NCBI GenBank assembly: GCA_963814585.1
Contig: CAWFDF010000014.1
Location: 32,001 to 96,000 of the forward strand
Reading direction: 5' to 3'
Length of the DNA stretch: 64,000 bases
Source: an uncultured delta proteobacterium
Lineage (GTDB): Bacteria; Myxococcota; Myxococcia; Myxococcales; Anaeromyxobacteraceae
Part shown: piece after piece, positions 27,683 to 39,287 of the stretch
How the letters are laid out: every line of letters begins with the position of its first letter
How positions within the stretch are numbered: the stretch's first letter is position 1
Notes under the pieces: generated by a model
What the model was told of the DNA's origin: nothing
The model's input: only the letters and a program-made list of their open reading frames with translations
Database searches by the model: none
Translations under genes and position numbers: made by a program

Positions 27683-30600
27683 ATGGTCGAGGCCAATCCC
27701 CAGTCCCCGTACGACAGCCTGGCGGCGCGGTGGTCGGCGGCCACCGCGCCCGATCGTCTCCTCGAGGACGCGACCTGCGAGGCCCTGGGATCGATCACCC
27801 CGGGCGATCTGGCCGGGATCGAGCCGGTGGTCGCCGCGCTGGTCCAGCGACTCGACGCCGAGGCCACCCGGAGCGGGGCGCGCCGCGCCCTGTTCGCGCT
27901 CTTCGACGGCGCCCGGCGCCGCGGCTTCACCGAGGCGCTGACCCAGCCGCAGATCGACCCGTGGCTCGGGCTCCTGCTCCCGCTCGTCCGGCGCATCGAC
28001 TTCACGGTCGGCGAGCTGCTCCGCTCGCGCGAGGAGACCGACCCCAGGGTGGTGGCCATCCGCACCCTCGGCCAGGACGCCACGGAGCTGACCGTGGCCG
28101 AGGTGGCGCGCCGCACCCGGTCCATCGCCCGCGGCCTGCTGGCCATCCTCGGCGACGAGCCCGAGACCCGCGTCGCGTTGCTCTCCGAGAACACGCTCGA
28201 GGCCGCGCTCTGCGACCTCGCGTGCCTCACCAACGGCTTCGTCGACTTCCCGCTCCCCGCCAACGCGGTGGCCGAGCAGGTCGTCTACATGCTGAGGCAC
28301 TCCAGGGCCCAGGTGCTGCTGGCCTCCGACGAGGAGCAGGTCGGCAAGGTCCTGCCCTCGCTGGCCGGCCTGCCGGACCTCAAGGCGGTGGTGGTCTTCG
28401 ATCCCACCTGCGCCAGCCGGAACGGGCTGCTGTCGTTCGAGCAGATGGTCGGCCAGGGGGCGGGCTTCGACGAGCCGCTGCGGGCGGCGCGGGCGGCGCG
28501 GGTCAAGGCCACCGACATGGCGACGGCCATGTACACCTCGGGCACCACCGGGAAGCCCAAGGCCATCGTCTTCACGCACGAGAACCTGGTGTCGAAGCGC
28601 CTTTGCCGCGGCTTCGCGCTGCCGGAGGTGGGAGAGGGCGACACCTTCCTCTGTTACCTGCCGCTCTACCACACGTTCGGCCGGTGGCTGGAGCTCATGG
28701 GGACGGTCTGGTGGGGCGCCACCTACACGTTCGCCCGCTCCACGGCGCAGTCCTCGCTGCTGGAGGACTTCCGCAGCGTCAAGCCGACCGTCTTCATCTC
28801 GGTGCCCAAGAAGTGGATCGAGCTGCAGGACGCGGCGGCGTGGGAAGCGGCCGGCGAGGACGAGGAGGAGACCGCCGGCCACCTGCGGGTCATCACCGGA
28901 ACCCGCCTGCGCTACGGCCTCTCGGCCGCCGGCTACCTCGACCCAGGCATCTTCAAGAACTTCCACCAGGCCGGGGTCGAGCTCTGCTCCGGCTATGGCA
29001 TGACCGAGGCCACCGGCGGCATCACCATGACCCCGCCCGGGGGCTACGTCGACGGCTCTATCGGCGTGCCGCTCCCCGGCATCGAGTGCCGCCGCGCCGA
29101 CGACGGTGAGCTGCTGATCCGCGGCATCTACGTCTCTCCCGGGTACCTCGACGGCGGGCCGGAGGAGGCCGGCGCCCACGATGCGGACGGCTGGTTCCAC
29201 ACCGGCGACCTGGTGAGCGTCGACGACGGCCACTTCCGGATCGTCGGGCGCAAGAAGGAGATCTACAAGAACCGCGCCGGGCAGACCATCGCCCCGGCGC
29301 GCGTCGAGAACCTCTTCCGCGACTTCGAGGCCATCGGCCAGGCCTTCCTGGTCGGCGACCACCGCGACTACAACACGCTGCTGGTCTGGCCCAACTACGA
29401 GCAGCAGCCGCAGCTGCGCGAGCTCTCGCCAGACCAGCTCCGGGATCTCATCTCCTCGCTGGTGGCCAGCGCCAACCGGTTCCTGGCCCCCTTCGAGCGC
29501 GTGGTGACGTTCCAGGTGCTCCCCCGGGCCCTCGACGTCGAGCACGGCGAGCTGACCCACAAGCACACCTTCAAGCGCGAGGTGGTCGGGGAGTCCTGGA
29601 AGGACCTGATCGACAAGATGTACGAGCAGAAGCACCTGGCGCTGGCGATCGACGGGTGGTTCCTGCGCATCCCCAACTGGGTGCTGCGCGAGATCGGGGC
29701 CCTCCGGCACGAGGTCTCCCTCCAGGAAGGCGTGCTCCGCGCCGGTGACCGGGCGCTGGCGGTCGGCCCCGACGTGGCGGCCCTCGGCTCCTTCCTGCTC
29801 GGCGATCTCGCCTACGCCTCGGAAGGGACGGTCATCGATCTCGGCGTCGTGCTCTCCCGGCCGGCCCTCTGGCTCGGCAACGAGGCGATGCGCCGCTTCC
29901 TCGGCGACGAGGCCTTCCTGGCCCTGGCCGCCAAGCGTCGCAAGGGAGGAGCCGAGTACCGGATCGACCCCCGGAACTGGCACGGCCCGCCTCCGGAGCG
30001 GCAGCCGGGCCTGCTCGACCAGGTGGACCGGACCGAGGTCAGCCTCCTCTCCATCCACGCCGCCGCCGAGCTGCTCCGCGCCGAGCGGCCGGAGGCGCGG
30101 CGCGCCATCGGCCACCTGCAGCGCGGGCTGACCGCGGCCTCCCCGGAGCAGGCCCGCCTGAGCCGCGCCTTGCTCCGCCGCGCCGCCGACGCCCCCGACG
30201 AGGACGTCCGCCGCCGCGCCTTCCGCGTCCTGCTGCCCAACGAGGACCCGGCCCTGACCCTGGAGACCTTGAGGGCCTTCCTCGACCGGATGGAGGCGAT
30301 GGCGCTGCGCGACGAGGACCTCGCCGACCTCGGTGAGCGCGGCCTCTCCGACGCCCAGGTCCTGCGCCTCCTCGAGCACCTGGCCTCCGACCGGGCCAAC
30401 GGGCCGCTCACCGACGCCTCCGACCAGAAGCTGCTGATCGGCGTGATGCGGCTCCTCACCGCCACCGCCATCGCCCACCCCGGCTACTTCGCCCGGGTGC
30501 GCGTCCCGCTGGCCCGGCTGACCCTCCACGAGGACGCCAGCATCTCCGCCCGCGCCGGCGAGGAGCTGGACCGGCTTCGCCGTGGCTTCTCCAACTGGAT

Positions 30601-32338
30601 CGGCCCCAACCTCCGGCTCGCCATCGACCCGCAGAGCGGCAACGAGTACGGCTGGGGCGACGTGCTGGTCTTCGAGCCCTCGGTCGAGGAGGCCGCCAGC
30701 CGGACCCTGCTGCAGGCCCTCTCCGACACCACGCTGGTGCGCGCCTCGGTCTTCCTGCTGGGGCGAGGCGTCCTCCTCTCCCTGGCCGACATCCCGCCCG
30801 GCGGCGCCATGGTCAGCCTGCTGGGGCGGCAGCACGGCAAGGCGGTCTACCGGCTCTCCATCCACACCCGCTCGCGAGAGGTCTTCGACGTGGCCATCAA
30901 CGTGGCCGAGGAGCTCACCTTCGCGCAGCTGCGCGACGAGGTGAACTGGCTGCTGGCGGCCGGGGCGCCGCCCCCCCTGGTGGAGCAGTTCGGCGGCTAC
31001 TTCGGCGAGTGGGGCATCTTCACCGAGGAGTTCATCCCCGGGAACGACGTGGAGCGGCAGGTCGCCCGCCTGCTCCGCCAGTCGGAGGCGAAGCGGCTGG
31101 AGCTGCTCTGGCCCTTCGTGGCCTGCACGGCGCTGGAGCTGCACGTGCGCTTCTGGGATCGGGCCGGCCGCCGGCTGGCCCTGCGCCTGCCCTCCCCCGC
31201 CGCCTTCATCGTCCCGTCGCACGACTACCAGACCGGCGCCCGGCTGGTCTCGATCGCCGACCGCTCGCCCTGCGCCACGCTCGACGAGATGCTCGACCGC
31301 TTCCAGGCCTCCTTCCTCGACCGGGTGGAGGGATCCCTCCCCGAGCTGCGCGGCAAGCTGACGGAGTCGATGCAGCTGGCCGCGGTGGTGGAGGCCCTCG
31401 GCGTCGAGCGCGCCATCCCGGTGCTGGAGGAGGCCGCCACCGGCCAGCGGGCCATCGCCGTCTCCTCCTTCCTCGATCGACTGCGCGCGGAGGGGCCGAC
31501 GCCGCTCCGGCTCTTCTTCGCCGTCCGGCGCTTCAAGCGCTGGCTGGAGGTCAACCCTCGGGCCACGCCCGAGGCGCAGTCCAAGCACCTCGGCGAGCAG
31601 TGGGGTACCTACCGCCTGGGCGAGCTGGAGGCGCAGTGGCCGGACACGCGCATCCGCTTCTTCCGCCAGACGGTCTTCGCCGACGCCCGGCCCGAGCTGG
31701 CGGCCGCGCTGGACCGGCTCATGCACCGGATCCGGTCGCTGCCGGCCGGGGCGCTCGACCTGGCCGAGCAGGTGGCGGCCCTGCGGGCCGCCGTCAAGCC
31801 CACCGAGGTCGAGGACCACGACCTCGCTCGCATGACCTATCGCTATCTCGGGCCGGGCGAGCAGGTGGCGCTCATCTCCATGCCGCACGGCGATCACTAC
31901 ACCGCCGAGGTGGTGGTGGCCCAGTCCGCCAGCGACGGGAGCCGCTACACGCTGCGTGGCCCGGTCTCGCCGCGCGAGGTGGCGCGGCTGCTCCACCTCT
32001 TCCACGAGTCCAACCTGCAGGTGGCCTTCTCCACGGAGCACGAGTTCCTGCTGGCCCTCGACGCCAAGGGGTCGGTGATCGCCGGCCTCTTCTACCGGCC
32101 GGTGGCGGCGGGGAGGGTCCACATGGAGAAGCTGGTGGTGGCGCGCAAGCAGCGCTCCAGGGGAATCGCCGACGGCCTGATGCGCGACTTCTTCCGCCGG
32201 CTGCGGGCGCGCGGCGTCTTCACGGTCGAGACCGGCTACTTCCAGCCCGACTACCTGAAGCGGTTCGGGTTTCGCACCGATCCCTCCTCCGGTGGCCTGG
32301 TCCGGGACATCGACGCCGACGAATCCTTCGAGTGGTAA
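27683..32338 (+). CDS. Giant fusion: long-chain acyl-CoA synthetase (AMP-binding) domain, large central region, C-terminal GNAT
   Basis: YTSGTTGKPK, LPLYHTF, GYGMTEA, GWFHTGD, GRKKE. C-terminal LVVARKQRSRGIADGLM...YLKRFGF GNAT motif A. Start chosen at ATG 27683 (GAGG RBS); the ORF is open from 27521. Confidence 0.85.
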   Translation: MVEANPQSPYDSLAARWSAATAPDRLLEDATCEALGSITPGDLAGIEPVVAALVQRLDAEATRSGARRALFALFDGARRRGFTEALTQPQIDPWLGLLLPLVRRIDFTVGELLRSREETDPRVVAIRTLGQDATELTVAEVARRTRSIARGLLAILGDEPETRVALLSENTLEAALCDLACLTNGFVDFPLPANAVAEQVVYMLRHSRAQVLLASDEEQVGKVLPSLAGLPDLKAVVVFDPTCASRNGLLSFEQMVGQGAGFDEPLRAARAARVKATDMATAMYTSGTTGKPKAIVFTHENLVSKRLCRGFALPEVGEGDTFLCYLPLYHTFGRWLELMGTVWWGATYTFARSTAQSSLLEDFRSVKPTVFISVPKKWIELQDAAAWEAAGEDEEETAGHLRVITGTRLRYGLSAAGYLDPGIFKNFHQAGVELCSGYGMTEATGGITMTPPGGYVDGSIGVPLPGIECRRADDGELLIRGIYVSPGYLDGGPEEAGAHDADGWFHTGDLVSVDDGHFRIVGRKKEIYKNRAGQTIAPARVENLFRDFEAIGQAFLVGDHRDYNTLLVWPNYEQQPQLRELSPDQLRDLISSLVASANRFLAPFERVVTFQVLPRALDVEHGELTHKHTFKREVVGESWKDLIDKMYEQKHLALAIDGWFLRIPNWVLREIGALRHEVSLQEGVLRAGDRALAVGPDVAALGSFLLGDLAYASEGTVIDLGVVLSRPALWLGNEAMRRFLGDEAFLALAAKRRKGGAEYRIDPRNWHGPPPERQPGLLDQVDRTEVSLLSIHAAAELLRAERPEARRAIGHLQRGLTAASPEQARLSRALLRRAADAPDEDVRRRAFRVLLPNEDPALTLETLRAFLDRMEAMALRDEDLADLGERGLSDAQVLRLLEHLASDRANGPLTDASDQKLLIGVMRLLTATAIAHPGYFARVRVPLARLTLHEDASISARAGEELDRLRRGFSNWIGPNLRLAIDPQSGNEYGWGDVLVFEPSVEEAASRTLLQALSDTTLVRASVFLLGRGVLLSLADIPPGGAMVSLLGRQHGKAVYRLSIHTRSREVFDVAINVAEELTFAQLRDEVNWLLAAGAPPPLVEQFGGYFGEWGIFTEEFIPGNDVERQVARLLRQSEAKRLELLWPFVACTALELHVRFWDRAGRRLALRLPSPAAFIVPSHDYQTGARLVSIADRSPCATLDEMLDRFQASFLDRVEGSLPELRGKLTESMQLAAVVEALGVERAIPVLEEAATGQRAIAVSSFLDRLRAEGPTPLRLFFAVRRFKRWLEVNPRATPEAQSKHLGEQWGTYRLGELEAQWPDTRIRFFRQTVFADARPELAAALDRLMHRIRSLPAGALDLAEQVAALRAAVKPTEVEDHDLARMTYRYLGPGEQVALISMPHGDHYTAEVVVAQSASDGSRYTLRGPVSPREVARLLHLFHESNLQVAFSTEHEFLLALDAKGSVIAGLFYRPVAAGRVHMEKLVVARKQRSRGIADGLMRDFFRRLRARGVFTVETGYFQPDYLKRFGFRTDPSSGGLVRDIDADESFEW

Positions 32339-33484
<1,146 letters not shown>

Positions 33485-33518
33485 GCCCCGCCGCCCCGGC
33501 CGGGGTCGATCGGCACCG

Positions 33519-34367
33519 ATGAAGTACCGCCTCCTCCTCCTGGCCGCCGCGGTCCTCTGGTCCTCGGCCGGCGCGGTCATCAAGCTCTCCGCGCTCGATG
33601 CCTGGCAGCTGGCCGGCGGGCGGGCGCTGGTGGCCGCGGTGTTCCTCGCCGTGGCCGTCCCGAGCGCGCGCCGCAGGCCATCGCTCCGCCTCCTCCTGGT
33701 GGCGATCGCCTACGCCTGCACCACCGTCCTCTTCGTCCTGTCCAACAAGCTCACCACCGCCGCCAACGCCATCTTCCTGCAGGACACGGCGCCGCTCTGG
33801 GTGCTGCTGCTCTCGCCCTGGGTGCTGGGCGAGCGCCCCACCCGCGGCGAGCTCCTCTCCATCCCCGTCTTCGGCGCCGGGATGGCTCTCTTCTTCCTCG
33901 ACCAGCTCTCCCCCGGCCAGCTGGCGGGCAACCTGGTGGCGCTCGCCGCCGGCGTCGCCTTCGCCGCCTCCATCCTCGGGCTCCGCCGTCTCGGTCCCGA
34001 GGGCCCGGCCGCGCTGGTGTGGGGCAACCTGCTGGCCGCCGCCGTCACGTTGCCGCTCTGGCCGCTCGGCCCCGCCGCCGGCGCCGCCGACCTGTGGGCG
34101 GTGGCCTTCCTCGGCGTCTTCCAGCTCGGGCTCTCCTACCTCTGCTTCTCGCTGGGACTGCGCGGCACCCCGGCGGTGGAGGCCTCGCTGCTGGTCCTCC
34201 TCGAGCCGGTGCTCAACCCGATCTGGACCTACCTCTTCGCCGGTGAGCGCCCCGGCGCCTGGGCGCTGGCCGGCGGGGCGGTGGTCCTGCTGGCCACCAC
34301 CTGGCGCACGCTGCAACCCTGGCTCCAGGAGCGGCGCCTCGGCTCGACCGCCGGCGCCGGGACTTGA
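33519..34367 (+). CDS. DMT/EamA family transporter
   Basis: About 10 hydrophobic segments, TTAANAIFLQDTAP and LLEPVLNPIW motifs. Confidence 0.9.
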   Translation: MKYRLLLLAAAVLWSSAGAVIKLSALDAWQLAGGRALVAAVFLAVAVPSARRRPSLRLLLVAIAYACTTVLFVLSNKLTTAANAIFLQDTAPLWVLLLSPWVLGERPTRGELLSIPVFGAGMALFFLDQLSPGQLAGNLVALAAGVAFAASILGLRRLGPEGPAALVWGNLLAAAVTLPLWPLGPAAGAADLWAVAFLGVFQLGLSYLCFSLGLRGTPAVEASLLVLLEPVLNPIWTYLFAGERPGAWALAGGAVVLLATTWRTLQPWLQERRLGSTAGAGT

Positions 34368-34369
34368 TA

Positions 34370-35019
34370 CGACCCGGGCGCGCTCCAGCCACCTCACACC
34401 ACCGGCCCGCGGCCGGCTCCCCCCCGGCCGCTGCCCTCGCTGCGCCTTCCCGGCCGAGGGTGGCTGCCTCTGTCCGGCCATCCCCCGGCTCTCGGTGCCC
34501 TGGCGCGTGGTGGTGGTCCGCCATGCCAGCGAGATCCCCCGGCTCACCAACACCGGCCGCTGGGCGGTGGCCGCCCTGGAGGGCGCCACCACCTTCGACC
34601 ACGCCCTCGACGACACCCGCTCCGACGGCGACCTCGCGGCCCTGCTCGAGGACGGCGCGACCTGGCTCCTCTACCCATCGGCCCACGCCGGCGCGCCCCC
34701 TGGGCCGGCGGCGCGGACGCTGGTCGTCCCCGACGCCACCTGGGCCCAGGCGCGCCGCATGGTGCAGCGGATCGCCCCGCTCCGCGACCTGCCCCGGCTC
34801 GCCCTCCCTCCCCCGCCGCCCGCCACCCGGCTGCGACGACCGCCGCGGGCCGGGGGCATGTCCACGCTCGAGGCCATCGCCGGCGCCCTGGACCTGCTGG
34901 GCGACGGCGCTGCGGCCACCGCCCTGCGGGCCCTGCACCAGGCCGCCGTCGAGAAGACGCTCCGCCTCAAGGGCATGTGGCCCCCGACCCACGATCACCA
35001 CCACCCCGGGACCCGATGA
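34370..35019 (+). CDS. DTW-domain tRNA-uridine aminocarboxypropyltransferase (start codon unresolved)
   Basis: RCPRC...CLC, HASE...TNTG, LLYP, VPDATWAQARRM, STLEA. No in-frame ATG/GTG/TTG found before the Cys cluster. Confidence 0.8.
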
Positions 35020-36011
35020 CCGCCTCGTTCCTCCCCGCTCGCCTCCTGCGCCAGGCCGACGCCCAGACCATCTTCGCCAACCTCTGGAGACCCCGTCCGG
35101 GCCCACCCATGGTCCGGGTCAGGTGGGAGCTGGACGACGGCGACTTCCTCGACCTCGACCGGGCGGACGGCCCCGCGCCCGATGCCCCGGTGGCGGTGAT
35201 CTGCCATGGCCTGGAGGGCTCCTCGACCGCGCCCTACGTGCGCGGCCTGGCCCGCGCCCTGGTGAGGCGCGGGCTGGCGGTGGCGGCGCTCAACTTCCGG
35301 ACCTGCGGGGGGGAGCCCAACCGGCTGCCGCGCTCCTACCACTCGGGGGAGACCACCGACCTCGGCGAGGTGGTCCGGCGGCTGCTCGACGAGCGCCCGG
35401 GGCGCCCGGTGGTGGTGGCCGGGTTCTCGCTGGGGGGCAACGTGGTCACCAAGTGGCTCGGCGAGCACGGCGACATGCTGCCGGCCGGGGTGCGTGGCGG
35501 CGCGGCCATCTCGGTCCCCTTCGACCTCGGAGCCTGCCAGCGGCGGGTCGACGGCCCGGGGCGAGTCATGTGGATCTACCGCGAGCGGTTCATGCGCCGG
35601 CTGAGGCGGAAGGCCTCCCTCAAGGTCCGCCAGTTTCCCGGGCGCTTCGAGGCGGCGGCGCTGGCCCGCGCCACCACCTTCGCCGAGTACGACCAGCTGA
35701 TGACCGCCCCGGCCCATGGCTTCGCCTCGCGCGACGACTACTACGCGCGCTGCTCGGCCGGGCGCTTCGTCGCCGGGATCCGGCGCCCTTACCTGGCGCT
35801 CTCGGCGGCCGACGACCCCCTGGTCCCGGCCGAGTCGCTGCCGGTGGCCGAGGCCGGCGCCAACCCCGCGGTCCGGCTGGTGGTGACGTCCCACGGGGGC
35901 CACACCGGGTTCGTGGACGGCACCCCGCTGCGTCCCGGCTTCTGGGCCGAGCGGACCGTCGCCGACTTCCTGGCCGGCCTGGTGGGGCCGCCTACTTCAA
36001 CCCGCCCTTGA
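35016..36011 (+). CDS. YheT-family alpha/beta hydrolase
   Basis: DGDFLDLD, HGLEGSS...YV, YHSGET.DL, GFSLGGN nucleophile elbow, DDP, GGHTGF. Confidence 0.9.
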   Translation: MTASFLPARLLRQADAQTIFANLWRPRPGPPMVRVRWELDDGDFLDLDRADGPAPDAPVAVICHGLEGSSTAPYVRGLARALVRRGLAVAALNFRTCGGEPNRLPRSYHSGETTDLGEVVRRLLDERPGRPVVVAGFSLGGNVVTKWLGEHGDMLPAGVRGGAAISVPFDLGACQRRVDGPGRVMWIYRERFMRRLRRKASLKVRQFPGRFEAAALARATTFAEYDQLMTAPAHGFASRDDYYARCSAGRFVAGIRRPYLALSAADDPLVPAESLPVAEAGANPAVRLVVTSHGGHTGFVDGTPLRPGFWAERTVADFLAGLVGPPTSTRP

Positions 36012-36282
36012 TGAAGGCCGCGACGTCGTGGATCTCGGCCGGGGTGAGCTTGCCGCCGAACGGCGTCATCTTCCCCCGACCCTTCGTGACGACGGCCTCC
36101 GTCTCCTCGGCGCTCAGCTTGGAGACGGTCAGGTCCTTCACGCCCAGCTTCTTCCCCATGGCGGTCTGGCCCTTGCCGTCGGGGCCGTGGCAGGCGGAGC
36201 ACTTGGAGGCGAAGGTGGACTTCCCGTCGGCGATGGCGGCGCTGGCGGCGAGGAGGGCGACGACGAGGAAGAGTCGCTTCAT
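35992..36282 (-). CDS. Monoheme class I cytochrome c
   Basis: Signal peptide MKRLFLVVALLAASAAIA, CSACH, distal Met in GKMTPF. Confidence 0.9.
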   Translation of the reverse strand: MKRLFLVVALLAASAAIADGKSTFASKCSACHGPDGKGQTAMGKKLGVKDLTVSKLSAEETEAVVTKGRGKMTPFGGKLTPAEIHDVAAFIKGGLK

Positions 36283-36317
36283 GTGGTTCTCCCGTGTTGG
36301 TCGAGGCGAGTGGAAGG

Positions 36318-37544
36318 TCAGTGGCTGGCGGTCGCGGTCCCCGCGGTCTTGAAGGTACCGACGAGGATCGGCACCGAGATCTTCACCAGGATGGTGAAGA
36401 TGAGGAAGCCTACCCCGAAGATGCCGAGGGCGATCGACCACTCCGTCAGGGTCGGCCGGTACTCGTAGATCTCGCCGAGGGTGTCCGGGGTCATCCCGGG
36501 AATCACCAGCCCCAGCCCCTTCTCGATGTAGACGCCCGACCAGATGAGCAGGCAGCCCAGGTTGAGGGTGGCCCAGTTCTGCCGCAGCTTCGGCACCAGG
36601 AAGATGATGAAGGCCGCGATGCTGGCGAAGAGCGAGGTCCAGGCGTAGGGCACCAGCGCCCGGTGCTCCCCGATTCCGAACCAGAGGTACTGGGTGTACA
36701 GGAGCTCCTGGGTCTGCGAGTAGAACTCCTTGAAGAGCTCGGCCCCCAGCAGGAAGAGGTTGATGAACATGGCGTAGGCCATGAGCTCGGCGAGCTTCCA
36801 GATGGCCTCGTCCTTGATGGGGATCCTGGTGGTCTTCCGCAGCACCTGGAAGAGGATGATCATCACCGCCGGCCCGGAGCAGAAGGCCGAGGCCAGGAAG
36901 CGGGGCGCCAGGATCGAGGCGTTCCAGTACGGGCGGGCCGCCATGCCGTTGTAGAGGAAGGCGGTCACGGTGTGCGTGCTGATGGAGACCGGGATGGAGA
37001 TCAGGACCAGGGGGAGCAGGATGGACTTGTTCGGCTCCCGGCCGGCGTAGGCCTGGTACAGGATGTAGACGACCACCACCAGGTTGAGGATGAGGTAGAG
37101 GTTGAGCACCAGCGCGTCCCAGGTCAGCAGCGACTGGGGCCAGTTGGGCGTGCCGAGCAGCGGGAACATGTGGAGCATCCGGTCGGGCCGCCCCATGTCC
37201 ACCAGGATGAAGAGCAGGCACATGGCCAGGGCCGAGATGGCCAGCAGCTCGCCGAGGAGCACCACCTCCTTGAGCGGTCCCCAGTGGTAGACGTAGGCGG
37301 GGATGACCAGCAGCACCGCCGCGGCCGCCACGCCGACCAGGAAGGTGAAGTTGCCGATGTAGAAGGCCCAGCTGACCTGGTCACGGATGTTGGTGGCGAT
37401 CAGGCCGGTGCGGGCCTGGTGGACGTAGCCGAAGACGCCGATGACGATGGCCACCAGCAGCGCCGCGACCCAGGTGTAGTAGGCCTTGTTGCCCGTCCTG
37501 ATCTGGCGGCCACAGCCCTTGAGGAACTCCAGGATGCCTGTCAT
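36318..37544 (-). CDS. NrfD/PsrC/DsrP-family integral membrane quinol-interacting subunit
   Basis: About 10 TM helices, WAFYIGNFTFLVGVAAAA, VDMGRPDR, HTVTAFL, ILAPRFLASAF. Confidence 0.92.
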   Translation of the reverse strand: MTGILEFLKGCGRQIRTGNKAYYTWVAALLVAIVIGVFGYVHQARTGLIATNIRDQVSWAFYIGNFTFLVGVAAAAVLLVIPAYVYHWGPLKEVVLLGELLAISALAMCLLFILVDMGRPDRMLHMFPLLGTPNWPQSLLTWDALVLNLYLILNLVVVVYILYQAYAGREPNKSILLPLVLISIPVSISTHTVTAFLYNGMAARPYWNASILAPRFLASAFCSGPAVMIILFQVLRKTTRIPIKDEAIWKLAELMAYAMFINLFLLGAELFKEFYSQTQELLYTQYLWFGIGEHRALVPYAWTSLFASIAAFIIFLVPKLRQNWATLNLGCLLIWSGVYIEKGLGLVIPGMTPDTLGEIYEYRPTLTEWSIALGIFGVGFLIFTILVKISVPILVGTFKTAGTATASH

Positions 37545-37556
37545 GTGCCGGCCTCG

Positions 37557-38516
37557 TCAGGTGGCGTAGAAGTAGTAGAACTGGGGATGGGTGGCGAGCT
37601 CCTCCTTGAAGACGAAGACCCGCTTGGTCTCCATCACCCGCCGGATCTCGCTCTCCGGGTCGAGGAGGTTGCCGAACTTCCGCGCCCCCACCGGGCAGGC
37701 CTCGACGCAGGCCGTGTAGCGCCCGTTCCGTGCCCGCTGGATGCAGAAGGTGCACTTCTCCACCACGCCCTTGGGGCGCGGCCGGTTGCCGAGGAAGTGC
37801 TGGCTGGGGTTGAGCTCGGCGGCCGGGAGGGTGGGCTCGGCGAGGTTGAAGTGACGGGCACCGTACGGGCAGGCCGACATGCAGCAGCGGCAGCCGATGC
37901 ACCAGTCGTAGTCGATGACCACGATGCCGTCCTTCTCCTTCCAGGTGGCCTGGGTGGGGCACGCCTTCACGCAGGGCGGGTTCCGGCACTGCTGGCACTG
38001 CACCGGGAAGTAGAACTTGCCCGGCTGGGGCACGGTGGCCGGATCGTAGTAGTGCTCGGCGTGGGTGAGGTCGACGCCGTGCTCCTTGTCCAGCTGGAGG
38101 ACGCGGATCCAGTGGATCTGCGGATGCTGGCGCGACTGGTTGTTCTCCTTGACGCAGGCGTAGACGCAGCGGCGGCAGCCGATGCAGCGGGAGAGGTCGA
38201 GGCCGTAGCCGAACTCGACGCCCGCGCGTGGTCCCTCTGCGGTGACGGTGGTGGCGCGCCCGAACTTCTTCTGGTTGCTCGCCTCCACCCTCGCCAGCGT
38301 CCGCTTCAGCTGGTCGGGCGTCAGCTCCCGGAAGTGGCTGCGGAAGAACTCCTCCATGGTGAGCCCGCCACAGCCCGCCAGCGAGGCCAGGGCGGCGCCG
38401 GCGGCCGCGGTGCGCAGGAAGGCGCGGCGCTCGGGATCGACGCCCTGCTCGCGCAGGTCGGGGGCGAGGTCGACCGGGGAGGCCGGCAGGACGGGGAGCG
38501 GCTGACGGGGGCTCAC
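37557..38516 (-). CDS. NrfC/DsrO-like 4Fe-4S dicluster protein with Tat signal
   Basis: ERRAFL twin-arginine motif, CIGCRRC...C, CQQCRNPPCVKACP, CIGCRCCMSACP, KCTFC...CVEACP. Confidence 0.93.
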   Translation of the reverse strand: MSPRQPLPVLPASPVDLAPDLREQGVDPERRAFLRTAAAGAALASLAGCGGLTMEEFFRSHFRELTPDQLKRTLARVEASNQKKFGRATTVTAEGPRAGVEFGYGLDLSRCIGCRRCVYACVKENNQSRQHPQIHWIRVLQLDKEHGVDLTHAEHYYDPATVPQPGKFYFPVQCQQCRNPPCVKACPTQATWKEKDGIVVIDYDWCIGCRCCMSACPYGARHFNLAEPTLPAAELNPSQHFLGNRPRPKGVVEKCTFCIQRARNGRYTACVEACPVGARKFGNLLDPESEIRRVMETKRVFVFKEELATHPQFYYFYAT

Positions 38517-39151
38517 GGGCGCACCTCTTCTGGCCGGCGGGGCCGGGGCTCGGGCTTGATCTTCTCCAGCGTCGGCATGACCACCTTCTTGCCGTCCACC
38601 ACCACCTCCTTCTCCCCCTTGAAGAGCGGTGCATGCGGGTTGTGGCAGTTCACGCAGAGGAAATAGGTCTTGAGGCCGTCCCAGTTCCCGATCCGCTTCC
38701 CGTGCACCCCGGCGCGCCAGTCGCGGAGCTTGTCGCCGTGGCACTGGCCGCAGAGCCGGTAGGACTCGGTGAACGGGACCAGCGCGCCGTTGGTGAGGTG
38801 GAGCTGGTCGCGCTTCTGGGCGTCGTGGCAGTCGAGGCACCAGCGGTGCTCGGCGTCATGGGCGAAGACCGACTGCTGCTCCTCGTGGAAGCCGAGCTCG
38901 CGGCGCGTCGTGTTCACCTTCTCCTTCCCGTCGTGGCAGCCACTGCACGGGAAGATTCCCTCGGTGAACGGGGGGCTCAGGGCCTGGACCTCCTGGGAGC
39001 TGGGCGCCGGGCTCTTCTCCGGCCTGGCGTCGGCCTTGGCAGCAGGCTTCGGCTCGCTGGCGCCGGCCCAGCCACCGGCCGCCAGGGCCAGCGCGAGCAG
39101 CATCGCCGGCCAGGCGCGGGTCAGTCTCCGGGTCAACCAGTCGGGGCGCAT
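38513..39151 (-). CDS. Periplasmic tetraheme cytochrome c
   Basis: Signal peptide and four CxxCH motifs (CSGCH, CLDCH, CGQCH, CVNCH). Confidence 0.9.
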   Translation of the reverse strand: MRPDWLTRRLTRAWPAMLLALALAAGGWAGASEPKPAAKADARPEKSPAPSSQEVQALSPPFTEGIFPCSGCHDGKEKVNTTRRELGFHEEQQSVFAHDAEHRWCLDCHDAQKRDQLHLTNGALVPFTESYRLCGQCHGDKLRDWRAGVHGKRIGNWDGLKTYFLCVNCHNPHAPLFKGEKEVVVDGKKVVMPTLEKIKPEPRPRRPEEVRP

Positions 39152-39287
39152 GCATCCTCCAGTCGGAGAGGGAGGCTACCTCTCCGGAGGGGGATGCCTT
39201 CTTGATCTGGCTCAAGGGGGGCGGTCAATTTCGGTTTCGATCGGGTGGTTGGAGCCGCCCCCGACCCGAGGCCGAACCGCCCCTCCC

